The notes beneath the pieces were generated by a model, which had not been told where the DNA came from, made no database searches, and worked only from the letters and a program-made list of their open reading frames with translations. The position numbers and the translations under genes are program-made. A stretch of DNA of 64,000 bases, from positions 78,969 to 142,968 of the forward strand of contig CALFZX010000016.1 in NCBI GenBank assembly GCA_937952315.1, written 5' to 3'. Source of the stretch: an uncultured bacterium (GTDB lineage: Bacteria > Patescibacteriota > Minisyncoccia > CAIUEV01). Positions within the stretch are counted from its first letter, which is position 1; the number at the start of each line of letters is the position of its first letter. Below, piece after piece: positions 17,163 through 26,532 of this stretch.

Positions 17163-18989
17163 CTACCAACTTCCCCCTCCGCCGCCTCCGAAACCGCCGC
17201 CGGAAAATCCGCCGCCTCCGAAACCGCTCCCGCCGCCGGCAGAGACTCCGCCCTCGTTTTTTGTTCCCATCGCCAGGTTTGTAACTTCGGAGAAGGCGCT
17301 GAGTGAATTAACAAAGTAAAGCGCATTAAAAGTGTTGAGATTACCTGATCCTTCATACCAAGAAGGATTTTGATTGTAGATTCCTTCAAATTGTTTGGCC
17401 CAGGCTCTTTCGACTCCTAAAATCATAGCGTAGGGGAGAAGTTTTTCAAATAATTCCGGTCTTTTGGTTGGAGCATTATGAAAATTAATGCGATCTTTCT
17501 CCGCCACTTCCAGATATTCTTTCAGCCCGAGAATTTTTTCTTTGGCGTTGACGCCTTTAAGGGTTTTCTTTGGCATAAAATAGCCAAAAATAATGACTAA
17601 AAGACCGGTTAAAATAATACTGCCGGCGCCAATTAGACCGAAAGCGTTGCCGGCAAAAATAAAGCCGACAATGGCGATAACCAAACCGATTAGAAAATAA
17701 GTGCTTCTAACTTTGTGAGGATTGCGCGGAAAGTAACCTTTGCTAACGAGACCGGTATACGCCAAGTCTCGAAAATTGTTTATTTTTTGAGGAAAAACAT
17801 TTTGAAGCTGTTCTAGAGTGACGGCCGATTGGGCACCAAGACCGAGAATAGTCGCATAAATTTCTCTTTCGACGCCGGCCGGAAGATCATTTTGTTTAAG
17901 AAAAAATATTTGATAATTCGGTCGATTTTTGAAAATACCAAAGAGGGGCTTTTTCTCGATCTCTCGAATTCTAAGATACCCCTTAACTGCCAAATTGATG
18001 ATTGAAGAAGAAAAATCTCTGGGATCGGCCTTTTCGTCGATGAGAGTACCGACTTCAACAGGACTGAGATTGTCCGGTGGCCCATAAAAAGGAATAATTG
18101 TTTCTTTGCCCCTGGGATCTCTGCCTTTAAGAAACCAAAGAATAAGCAAAAAAACGGCGGTTGTTAAGGGAAGAGCGAGAAATCCGTAATAAATTAGATT
18201 ATATTTCAGTATCAGCCAAAAACTTTGACTTAAATTCGGTTTTTCGATGAGACCGTGAGGCAGACCGGTGATAATACTCAGTCCGTTATTTTTGGGCAAT
18301 GACCATTTAGAATTAAAATGAACTTTATTTTTACCCGTAGCTTCAAAAAGACATTCTTCTTCCGTTGATCCGAGAACGCCGGTGAAGCAACCGAAGGCCC
18401 ATTGGGAAGTGTCAATTTCTGCGGGAAATATAACGGTGGCTTCCGCTTTTTCGATGGAAACGCCCCAACCATTGCCCGTAACATTCCAGAAGAATTCATC
18501 TCTTTTCTCGTTGCCCGCCGGTTGATAAGCGATTACATTTTGAACGGAATACTTTAATCGATAAATGCGTTTCCCTTCGACTGTTGATTCTTCTCGGCCG
18601 AGTCGAATATTTTTATTGTTTGATTCGGTTGTTAAATTATAAGGAACTTCGTTCCAGCTTTGACCATCTTGTGATTCTTCCGCGGAAATTAATTTAAAAT
18701 TAACTTTGTAGGCGGTTTTTTTATTTGGAGATTTTTCAACTTCGTATTTATACGGTAAGTATCTGATAATTCCGTGTTTCGGCTGAGGAAAAAAGTAGCT
18801 TATCTCTTCCGTAACTAGAACTTCACTGTTGGATTGGATAACAATCTCCGATTTGAAGTGCTCAATTTTTTCTTCATTTTCAGCCAAAGTAGATTGTAAG
18901 CAGAAAAAAAATCCAAATAAGCCGGTAACAAAGAAAATAACAAAATTTCGTGGTCTTATCTTCACTGTTAGAGATTTAAAAATAATCAA
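17163..18989 (-). CDS. DUF2207-family membrane protein
   Basis: Signal/TM, VTEEI.Y...HGI.R, EFFWNVTG.GW, LLPYAMILGV..W, Gly-rich GGGFSGGGFGGGGGGSW end. TTG start uncertain. Confidence 0.88.
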   Translation of the reverse strand: MIIFKSLTVKIRPRNFVIFFVTGLFGFFFCLQSTLAENEEKIEHFKSEIVIQSNSEVLVTEEISYFFPQPKHGIIRYLPYKYEVEKSPNKKTAYKVNFKLISAEESQDGQSWNEVPYNLTTESNNKNIRLGREESTVEGKRIYRLKYSVQNVIAYQPAGNEKRDEFFWNVTGNGWGVSIEKAEATVIFPAEIDTSQWAFGCFTGVLGSTEEECLFEATGKNKVHFNSKWSLPKNNGLSIITGLPHGLIEKPNLSQSFWLILKYNLIYYGFLALPLTTAVFLLILWFLKGRDPRGKETIIPFYGPPDNLSPVEVGTLIDEKADPRDFSSSIINLAVKGYLRIREIEKKPLFGIFKNRPNYQIFFLKQNDLPAGVEREIYATILGLGAQSAVTLEQLQNVFPQKINNFRDLAYTGLVSKGYFPRNPHKVRSTYFLIGLVIAIVGFIFAGNAFGLIGAGSIILTGLLVIIFGYFMPKKTLKGVNAKEKILGLKEYLEVAEKDRINFHNAPTKRPELFEKLLPYAMILGVERAWAKQFEGIYNQNPSWYEGSGNLNTFNALYFVNSLSAFSEVTNLAMGTKNEGGVSAGGGSGFGGGGFSGGGFGGGGGGSW

Positions 18990-19011
18990 GCAAAAAATAT
19001 CTTATTCAATT

Positions 19012-21093
19012 CTACAATTCTATTTCTTTTTCGTCACTCCAAGTTTTTTCGTTAATTATTTTTATTTTTTCCTCTCCGATTACGAACATATAGTCATCGA
19101 TGTAGACGGCTCTTTTGACTTGAAATCCGCCGACGGCCCGTTCGAGCTTTATTCCTCCTTCATAGGAAAAAATATAGCCACCCTCACCGCCGGGAATAAA
19201 GAAAACTTTTTGTTTCTCGTCCAGCAAAAAAGCGTGATGGTTGCTACCCGCTTCGCTCCAACTTTCTTCCATACGATAAGTGGAAACTTCTTTAGGATTG
19301 CTTGGGTCACTGACATCAAAGGAGGAAATTTTAACTTGACCGTTTTCCTCGCCGATACCTAAAATTTGACCGTTGGGTAGGGGATGCAAATAGGAGGAAT
19401 AACCCGGGATTTTTAGTTCTCCTTTAAGCTTGGGATTGTTTGGAGAAGACAAATCCAAGACGAAAAAGGGGTCGATCTGCTTGAAAGTAACAACGAATCC
19501 TCGATCCTGCAAAAATCTTACGGCATAAATTCTTTCTCCCTTTCCCATGTCTTCAACGGCGCCGACTTGATTTAAGTTTTCATTCAAAATATAAACATCG
19601 CTAGCTTGTTCGTTTCGGCTATTAACATAAAACCCGCCGGGAAAATAGTCTAAAGGCTCAAAAGTGACTGCGATGCGAAGATTTCCCTTGTATTCATCTA
19701 AGGAAAATTGATTTAGCGGGCGGCCCGGCACTTCGCCGTTGGCTTTAAATTCAAGATTATCGTTGCCGATTTTAACGATTCCCGTCATTTGATGCCTTTT
19801 TCCTTCTTTCTTCGCAAATTCCGCTAGTTGATTGTTGACTTCGTTGCGAAGCTTGGTTAGTTCATCTTTGCCGAGAGAACGAAGTTCTGTCTCGATCAAT
19901 GACTCCAGCTCCGTATTTTTGGCCCTGGAACTGATATCGTAATCCTCAAGTTTTTTTATCTTCTGAGCTAAATTCGTTTTGAAAATATTGGGGTTGTCTC
20001 TGAGAAAAGCGGTAAAAAGCTTAATTTCATCCGTCGGTTTTTGATAGGTCAAATAAATTGCATTTTCAGACATATAAACTTCCGATCCGTAGTTGGAACC
20101 AACAAAAGCGGTTTTATCAGTCACTTTGCCGGTTTCGATATCCAGAGCGATGAAAGAATAGGTCGTATCGGCGGGAATCGGCTCAGTCGGGTGGTAAATC
20201 TCGGTGCAACTTAGTTCTATCGATTCCTCGTTTCGAACCATCGGACGAATCGGGCAGGGACTTTCAATGTCATTATAGCGGTTAGTAACGAGAAAAATTT
20301 TTCCGTTCATCATCCTTGAGGCGACAATTTGATTCTGCTCCTCAAAACTCCAACTCCATTTTTCCTTGGGTTGCTCAGGGTTCGAAACATCGTAAGCGTA
20401 TATTTTTTGTTTATTCTCGGCGAGAATAACTAAAGTTTTATCCTTTAGAAAAAGATTACCATTGTTTTCCAGGCGGCCGATTTTTTTAGCCTCAGCAATA
20501 GGAAAGGCTTTGATAATTTGAGTTTCGTCAATTGACCGAGGTCGATCAGGGTAAGGGGGAACAATACCAATTTTCTCGCTCATTCGTTCATCCATAATTA
20601 TTGGATCGGAACGATAAAAATCAAAACTTCTCTCTTTGGAGTAATAAATATTTTGGCCGTCCGTCTTGACGATATCCGGTTCGTCAATACTTAAGACTTG
20701 TCTATTAGTTTCGGAAAATCGATTCGGTTCCGCGACTTCCGTCGAAAGGTTCATCATCTTGTTAGAGGCTTGGCTGCTGCCAGCCTCCGAGTTCCCCGCG
20801 AAGCTTTTATCGGCCGGCATACTCATTGTTTCCATTTGAGCAAGTCCCGAAGAGTATTGTCGTTGAGATTGATTTTCCTCTAAATACGCTTTGAAATCAG
20901 CTTCGGAAGCAAAAGGTTCGATAGCAGAAGATGTTGAAACGGAATCTTTTATCTCGTCTAATTTTTTCCTAAAAATTGTTTTTTCCTCGCCGGAATAATC
21001 TATTCTGCTCCAAAAGACGAAGATTGTCCCCACTAACAGCAATGTCAGACCAATAATAATCGCTATGCCGGCGCGACTGTTTATTTTTTGCAT
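19012..21093 (-). CDS. Secreted beta-propeller-domain protein (Beta_propel family)
   Basis: SETNRQV..IDEPDIVKTDG, LNQFSLDE, GERIYAVRF, FKQIDPFFVLDL, GELKIPGYSSYLHP. Confidence 0.88.
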   Translation of the reverse strand: MQKINSRAGIAIIIGLTLLLVGTIFVFWSRIDYSGEEKTIFRKKLDEIKDSVSTSSAIEPFASEADFKAYLEENQSQRQYSSGLAQMETMSMPADKSFAGNSEAGSSQASNKMMNLSTEVAEPNRFSETNRQVLSIDEPDIVKTDGQNIYYSKERSFDFYRSDPIIMDERMSEKIGIVPPYPDRPRSIDETQIIKAFPIAEAKKIGRLENNGNLFLKDKTLVILAENKQKIYAYDVSNPEQPKEKWSWSFEEQNQIVASRMMNGKIFLVTNRYNDIESPCPIRPMVRNEESIELSCTEIYHPTEPIPADTTYSFIALDIETGKVTDKTAFVGSNYGSEVYMSENAIYLTYQKPTDEIKLFTAFLRDNPNIFKTNLAQKIKKLEDYDISSRAKNTELESLIETELRSLGKDELTKLRNEVNNQLAEFAKKEGKRHQMTGIVKIGNDNLEFKANGEVPGRPLNQFSLDEYKGNLRIAVTFEPLDYFPGGFYVNSRNEQASDVYILNENLNQVGAVEDMGKGERIYAVRFLQDRGFVVTFKQIDPFFVLDLSSPNNPKLKGELKIPGYSSYLHPLPNGQILGIGEENGQVKISSFDVSDPSNPKEVSTYRMEESWSEAGSNHHAFLLDEKQKVFFIPGGEGGYIFSYEGGIKLERAVGGFQVKRAVYIDDYMFVIGEEKIKIINEKTWSDEKEIEL

Positions 21094-21112
21094 TTTTAAA
21101 ATTAAATATTAA

Positions 21113-22021
21113 TTAACCTTTTTTCTTAATCAGAACAAAAAGGAAAAATCCAACCATAAGCATTGCTAAAAACATCAAAAAGAAAATTACTCGAATATCC
21201 TCAAAAACAGGTGAAAATTTAACATTCATACCGAAGATGGAAGCCAGAATTCCTACCGGTAAAAAACTGACGGAGAAAGCGGTGAGAATATTGACTATCT
21301 TATTCAGCTTATGGGAAAGCAAGGTGTTGTTGGTGCGATGAAGAGTGTTGGCCGTTTCCCAGTAATTCTCCAGGGTATTCCAAATTTGAACATTGGTGGA
21401 GAGAATGTCTTCCGCATAAACGGAGAGAAAATTATCCTTCTTGACTTCTTCCTTGGAAAAAATAGATTTAAAAACAGGCAATTGTGGTTTTAGAATCCGT
21501 CTGGCGTCCAGAATATCTCTCTGTAAAAAAGTTATTTCTTTGAGAGTTTTACTTTCCTTGTTGTCAAAAAGATCGTTCTCGATGGCGTCGGTTTTGGTGG
21601 CCAGTTGATCGAGAAAAGGAAAATAACTGTTTAGAATTTGACTGATCAAAATGAGTAGAAGATAGTAAGGTCCTCTCTGAAAATATTTTTTTGAAAATTC
21701 GATATTTCTTTGACACTGATTAAAGAATGCTTCAATCGGAGAGTCTCCTTTCGAACAGACGGTGACGACAAATTTTTCATTGACTAGAATATCAATCTCT
21801 CCAACTTCTTTAAAGCTACCGTTTTTAAAAAAAATCGGAAAATGTAAAACCAAGAATAAATAGCCGTCGTGTTCGTTAAACTGGGGTCGATAGAGGGGGG
21901 AAGTCAGTTTACCGATAATCAAGGGATGCAAATTAAACTCTTTCTGAACAAACGAGATGTCTTCCGCCTTGATATCCTCAACGAAGATCCAGGAGAATTT
22001 TTGATGGGAAATCGATTGCAT
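21113..22021 (-). CDS. corA: CorA-family divalent cation transporter
   Basis: FNLHPL, FLVLHFP, two C-terminal TM helices with IFGMNV. Confidence 0.88.
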   Translation of the reverse strand: MQSISHQKFSWIFVEDIKAEDISFVQKEFNLHPLIIGKLTSPLYRPQFNEHDGYLFLVLHFPIFFKNGSFKEVGEIDILVNEKFVVTVCSKGDSPIEAFFNQCQRNIEFSKKYFQRGPYYLLLILISQILNSYFPFLDQLATKTDAIENDLFDNKESKTLKEITFLQRDILDARRILKPQLPVFKSIFSKEEVKKDNFLSVYAEDILSTNVQIWNTLENYWETANTLHRTNNTLLSHKLNKIVNILTAFSVSFLPVGILASIFGMNVKFSPVFEDIRVIFFLMFLAMLMVGFFLFVLIKKKG

Positions 22022-22041
22022 TTTTTTTTATATTTTTTATT

Positions 22042-23361
22042 TTATTTTTTGACGATTCGACCGGTTAAACTGAGCGGTCCGACACTCTCAATTCGCGCCC
22101 ACGCCCAGTCGCCTTTGCTTATTTTATTATCGATTTTTTTTTCGATTGCGCAAATTGTTTTTTCCTCGAAGCTTTTACCCAAGATAATAAGCCCATCTCC
22201 TTTTTCTTTAATGCTATTGACAATAAATTTTATTTTTTTACCTAAAAATTTTTGATTATTTTGAACGGATATTTTTTTCCAAAGTTGATCCAGCTCTTGC
22301 TGGCGTCGTTTTTTTTCTAAAGCGTCAACGGTTTCTTTGAGTCTTCCGGCGGCCGTTTCCGGTCTTTTGGAGTATTTAAGGCTATAGAGCATTTCAAAAC
22401 GAACTTTTTCAATTATTTTTTTCGATTGCTCAAAATCTTTTAGAGTTTCTCCCGGAAAGCCGACGATAATATCCGAAGAGATAACAATTTCAGGGTGGAT
22501 CTTTTTCGCCATAGCGATAATTTTTAGATATCGTTCAACGGTGTATTTTCGATTCATCAAACTTAATATTTTGTCACTGCCCGCCTGGATTGGTAAGTGG
22601 AGATTGGAAGAAACTTTTTGGCAATCTCGCATCGCCGATATCAACTTGGAAGTGACATCTTTCGGATGAGAAGAAATAAATTTGATCCAGAAATCGCCTT
22701 TCAAATCGTTAATCCTTCTGATTAGATCGGGAAAATCCCATTTTTGGCCGTTGCGATCCAAACCTTTATAGCTATTGACATTTTGACCAAGTAAAAAAAT
22801 TTCTTTTCCTCCGTTTTCTATCGCCTCCTTTGTTTCTCCAATAATATTTTCCGGCGAACGAGAAATTTCTCGACCACGAGCAAAGGGCACAACGCAATAG
22901 GCGCAAAAATTATTACACCCCGTCATTATGGGAATAAAAGCGCGAAAAGGTTCTTCTCTCAGTGGCTTGAGGGAATAAAAATTTTCAAACGCCTTGCCTT
23001 TTTTTTGAATTATTTTTTCTATCTCGTGCTGAAAATCACCCAAGCGACCGGCGGGAATAAAAATATCGACAATATCGTTAAGCGTTTTTCGAACATCGGG
23101 TCGGTGAGCGAGACATCCGGTCAGAATCAGATGGGTCTCCGGCTGATCTTGCTTGATTTTTTTGATAAGACTGATAGCTTTTTGCTCCGCCGTCTGTCGG
23201 ACGCCGCAACTGACAAAGACAATCAAATCACTTTGGTTCTTGTTAGATAAAATTCCTCCTCTCTCCACCAAAAAAGCGGAAAACCTTTCGGCGTCCGCTT
23301 GATTCATTTGACAACCGAAAGTTTTGATAATAAACGAAAATACTTCGGTTTTTAAGGGCAT
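22042..23361 (-). CDS. miaB: tRNA methylthiotransferase MiaB
   Basis: TFGCQMN, radical SAM CNNFCAYC, LLGQNVNSY, HLPIQAGSD, C-terminal TRAM-like domain. Confidence 0.92.
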   Translation of the reverse strand: MPLKTEVFSFIIKTFGCQMNQADAERFSAFLVERGGILSNKNQSDLIVFVSCGVRQTAEQKAISLIKKIKQDQPETHLILTGCLAHRPDVRKTLNDIVDIFIPAGRLGDFQHEIEKIIQKKGKAFENFYSLKPLREEPFRAFIPIMTGCNNFCAYCVVPFARGREISRSPENIIGETKEAIENGGKEIFLLGQNVNSYKGLDRNGQKWDFPDLIRRINDLKGDFWIKFISSHPKDVTSKLISAMRDCQKVSSNLHLPIQAGSDKILSLMNRKYTVERYLKIIAMAKKIHPEIVISSDIIVGFPGETLKDFEQSKKIIEKVRFEMLYSLKYSKRPETAAGRLKETVDALEKKRRQQELDQLWKKISVQNNQKFLGKKIKFIVNSIKEKGDGLIILGKSFEEKTICAIEKKIDNKISKGDWAWARIESVGPLSLTGRIVKK

Positions 23362-23371
23362 TGTATTTTAA

Positions 23372-23869
23372 CTATTTTTCAATCTTCTTATTTTTTGGTT
23401 TCTTTTCTTTCTTCTCTGTCTCCACGAATGATCCGCCGACTTTTTCAACGCCCTGCCGAGCCTTTTTCGAAAGCATCAGCCCTTTGAAGGAGAGCTTTTT
23501 GTCTAATTTTCCATTAGCCAAAATTTTTATTTGCGCCTTTCTTTTGGTTCGACTTCTCTTGTTTAGCTTAACAATACCTTTTTCTCGTAAGCTCTTGGGA
23601 GAGACTTCCTCTCCGTCTTGGAAATGTTTTTCAAGAACTTGAAAATTTAAAATAATATTCTTTAGTTTAGGAGAGGAGAAGCCGGATATCTTAGGAGCGC
23701 GAGCAACCATAGTGGTGTCTCGACCTTCAAAGCCGGGAGCGATATTGCCACCAGATCGAGCTTTTTGACCTTTATTGCCTTTGCCTGAGTAAGTGCCTCT
23801 CTTTCCTCCTCGACCGATCGCTCGTTTCTCCTTTTGCCACTTCGGCTTTTTAATCTCATGAATTTGCAT
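23372..23869 (-). CDS. rplO: 50S ribosomal protein L15
   Basis: GRGGKRGTYSGKGNKGQKARSG, GFEG, KILANG. Confidence 0.96.
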   Translation of the reverse strand: MQIHEIKKPKWQKEKRAIGRGGKRGTYSGKGNKGQKARSGGNIAPGFEGRDTTMVARAPKISGFSSPKLKNIILNFQVLEKHFQDGEEVSPKSLREKGIVKLNKRSRTKRKAQIKILANGKLDKKLSFKGLMLSKKARQGVEKVGGSFVETEKKEKKPKNKKIEK

Positions 23870-23908
23870 AATGTAAAATTTATAAACTTAAGCTTTTAAC
23901 GATAAAAA

Positions 23909-24508
23909 CTATCTTTCTTGTTTTTTCGACTTGGATTTATTTTCTTCCTTAATCGGTTCGGCCGGTTTTTCAACTTGAGTTTCTCCCTCTATTTTTTTAC
24001 TTTCCGTTTCTGTCTTTTTTCCCTCAATCGTCTGAGATTTTTCAGTATTTTTCAGATTCTTTAAAGCGCCCAACATTGCTTTAGCAGTGTTGATTTTGTT
24101 GTTCGAACCGAGGCTTTTAGCGGTTAAATCCTTGATTCCGCCTAAATCGGCCAAAATTCGAAGCGCTCCGCCGGCGACAATTCCCTTTCCTTCCTTCGCC
24201 GGTTTCAATATGATTCGAGCACTTTCATATTTAAAATCGATTTCGTGGGGAATCGTGCTCCCCCTTCTGACAAAAGATACCAAATGTTTTTTGGCGTCGT
24301 GGATAGCTTTACCGATAGCCAAAGAAACATCCGATCCTTTTGCCACGCCAACGCCAACCTTACCTTTGCGATCGCCAATTGCAACTGTTGCTCGAAAACT
24401 GAATCGTCTTCCGCCCTGGACCACCCTGGCGACGCGAGCGACATGCAACAAGCTGTGATCAAAATCTTTCTCTCTCTTGTCTCTTCTTCTGTGACTATTT
24501 TCCTTCAT
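23909..24508 (-). CDS. rpsE: 30S ribosomal protein S5 (charged C-terminal extension)
   Basis: RVARVVQGGRRFSFRATVAIGD, GIVAGG, KSLGSNN. Confidence 0.97.
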   Translation of the reverse strand: MKENSHRRRDKREKDFDHSLLHVARVARVVQGGRRFSFRATVAIGDRKGKVGVGVAKGSDVSLAIGKAIHDAKKHLVSFVRRGSTIPHEIDFKYESARIILKPAKEGKGIVAGGALRILADLGGIKDLTAKSLGSNNKINTAKAMLGALKNLKNTEKSQTIEGKKTETESKKIEGETQVEKPAEPIKEENKSKSKKQER

Positions 24509-24539
24509 TTGGATTCAAAAATAATAAATAAAAATAAAA

Positions 24540-24908
24540 CTAAAAAATCAATCCGCCCTCTCTGGCTGAATCGGCCAAGGCTTTGACTTTACCGTGATAT
24601 TTATAACCACCACGATCAAAGACTACTTTGGACACGCCTTTCTCTACGGCCATTGTTGCCAATTTTTTGCCGACTATTTTTGCCCAGTCAACTTTTGTTT
24701 GAGGAGTTTTTGCCTCTTTTTTCAGTTTGAGACTGTTCACGGCAAACAAAACCTTGTTATTCTCATCATCTATCAATTGGGCGTAGACAAATTTGAGACT
24801 AAAAAAAACATTCAGTCTCGGCATCTCGGCCGTTCCTTTAACTTTTCCTCGAACCCGAGAATGGCGTGACTGACGAGCGATATTTCTGGAATTCTTTTGA
24901 CTTGGCAT
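24540..24908 (-). CDS. rplR: 50S ribosomal protein L18
   Basis: GTAEMPRL, YAQLIDD, VVFDRGGYKYHGKVKALADSAREGGL. ATG 24908 preferred. Confidence 0.97.
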   Translation of the reverse strand: MPSQKNSRNIARQSRHSRVRGKVKGTAEMPRLNVFFSLKFVYAQLIDDENNKVLFAVNSLKLKKEAKTPQTKVDWAKIVGKKLATMAVEKGVSKVVFDRGGYKYHGKVKALADSAREGGLIF

Positions 24909-25005
24909 AATGATTATAAATAAAAACAAACTAAAAATAGCTTTAACAGAAAGCTCTTAAAACTTGGTTGTTATTATTAACAATAAATTCGGATTGAGCA
25001 AATTT

Positions 25006-25836
25006 TTACCAGACAATCTCTTCTTCATTCTTCACCTCTCGTTGTTTTGTGCTATCCGTTTCTTGGTTTTTAATAAAATTTTGAGAGTCAAAAAGGTTGC
25101 TGGTAACATAAAAAGAAGGAACCCCGCCTTTTTCGAAGGAATGAGTCCAGAAAATTCGAAAATCCCTTGTTTGGCCGGCTAAAATTGAATTGACGGTAGT
25201 TTGATTAATGGCAATAATGGCCTGATTTACATCTTTGACGATTGAAAAAATCTCAACCGTTTTTAGGTCGAAGGGGCTTCGGTTAATGATGCGACCTCTA
25301 ACCTCGGCGAATTCGTAAGGGCTATCAAGATAATTCAGCTTAAAGTCAGAAATTTGAAGATCCGGCTTGGTGAAACTTCTGAAAAAACTCCATTCTTTGG
25401 CGTCGCCAATTTTAAGTTCCGGCACAAAATCATCTTGACAAACTAAATTGTATTCGGCAAGGTATCTTTCTTCCCCAGGATAAATATAAAATTCATCTTT
25501 TTTTATTGTTTTGTCTCCCCAACTGAAACTGTATGGAATTTTTTGTCCGGCCAAGCTATTGTTGGGATTGTTTATAACAGCGACTAAGTCACATTTATTG
25601 TTGCCTCCCCTGATAATTTCGAAACTTTTGGTTACAATTTTGTCCGCTTTTGGCGTTTCGGTTTTGCAAGCCTTTTCACAGGCAGTTCCGCAATCAACGC
25701 CTTCTTCTTCTCCATTTTTGATACCGTCGAAACAAGTCGGATCGGTTTTTAGAAGACGGTTGATGAGAAAAACCGAGCTTCCGATCAGCAGAAGGACTGT
25801 GAGCACTATAATTATTTGTTTTACGCTCCTTTTCAT
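25006..25836 (-). CDS. Membrane-anchored protein with Cys-rich motif and Ig-like (FxLYD-like) domains
   Basis: TM, PTCFDGIKNGEEEGVDCGTAC, then V.G.I.N.S...V-type beta-sandwich pattern. Confidence 0.65.
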   Translation of the reverse strand: MKRSVKQIIIVLTVLLLIGSSVFLINRLLKTDPTCFDGIKNGEEEGVDCGTACEKACKTETPKADKIVTKSFEIIRGGNNKCDLVAVINNPNNSLAGQKIPYSFSWGDKTIKKDEFYIYPGEERYLAEYNLVCQDDFVPELKIGDAKEWSFFRSFTKPDLQISDFKLNYLDSPYEFAEVRGRIINRSPFDLKTVEIFSIVKDVNQAIIAINQTTVNSILAGQTRDFRIFWTHSFEKGGVPSFYVTSNLFDSQNFIKNQETDSTKQREVKNEEEIVW

Positions 25837-25845
25837 TTTTTTATT

Positions 25846-25965
25846 TTATTTATTTCTAATTCTTTTTATAATGATCCAAAAAGCGGTAATTGGAAGCCAC
25901 AAAAAAGTTGTCTTTTTCAAGACGAATTCTGACCAAACTTCGATTTTTGCTTTGTCCCTGGCCAT
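25846..25965 (-). CDS. Small 39-aa protein (not in ORF track)
   Basis: ATG...TAA ORF MARDKAKIEVWSEFVLKKTTFLWLPITAFWIIIKRIRNK fills the gap with 9-nt spacers on each side, on the same strand as its neighbours. Confidence 0.65.
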   Translation of the reverse strand: MARDKAKIEVWSEFVLKKTTFLWLPITAFWIIIKRIRNK

Positions 25966-25974
25966 TTCAATAAA

Positions 25975-26532
25975 TTAAAATTTCAAATAGCGAGCCACCC
26001 GATCGCTGAAACTTTCCTCTTGCTCTTCTTCTCGCAAAAAACTAACTAGCATTTTCCGAATTTTTATAGGATCTTCATCGCCAAAAGGAATATGTATGTG
26101 CGGAAGATAGGCTTTTTTGTGTTTTAGGCTGATAACTTTGAACTCTGGCGGTTCGAAAAAAATCCAAAAAGAATTCAAATCCTTGTAAGGGTAAGTAAAT
26201 TTATCGACAGAAATTCCTCGATTGCCAATGCTGCAAGTAATTTTTCGCGGTTTTTTGATGGAGAACATATAAACGGTTATACCGAGCAGAATAAAGGTTA
26301 TTGAGGTAATAATTTGTTTTGAAATAACAAAGTATCCGACCAAAACAAAAAATAAAAGACCGCCCACCACAAACCAAAGTTTAGATTTATGATAATAATT
26401 GAATTCGTCCGTCTCCCAGCTCATCAGAACATTTTGTTCGCCGATCGGCGAAAAGACGGCTTGGTTTTCGGCCAAATCGTTTTTTACTTCCCCCTTCGAA
26501 TCGCCAGTTTTTTTTCTCAAATCTAAAATCAT
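25975..26532 (-). CDS. Conserved hypothetical 2-TM protein with PH-like C-terminal domain
   Basis: W...EF....KS..W, two TM helices, GI......Y..L.SFW pattern; start abuts the hydA stop (TAAATG). Confidence 0.7.
   Translation of the reverse strand: MILDLRKKTGDSKGEVKNDLAENQAVFSPIGEQNVLMSWETDEFNYYHKSKLWFVVGGLLFFVLVGYFVISKQIITSITFILLGITVYMFSIKKPRKITCSIGNRGISVDKFTYPYKDLNSFWIFFEPPEFKVISLKHKKAYLPHIHIPFGDEDPIKIRKMLVSFLREEEQEESFSDRVARYLKF

Noticed and set aside
17126-17389. 87-aa ORF overlapping the DUF2207 3' end, and the GC-rich repeats there
   Set aside because: Alternative frame of the Gly-rich tail typical of DUF2207 proteins.
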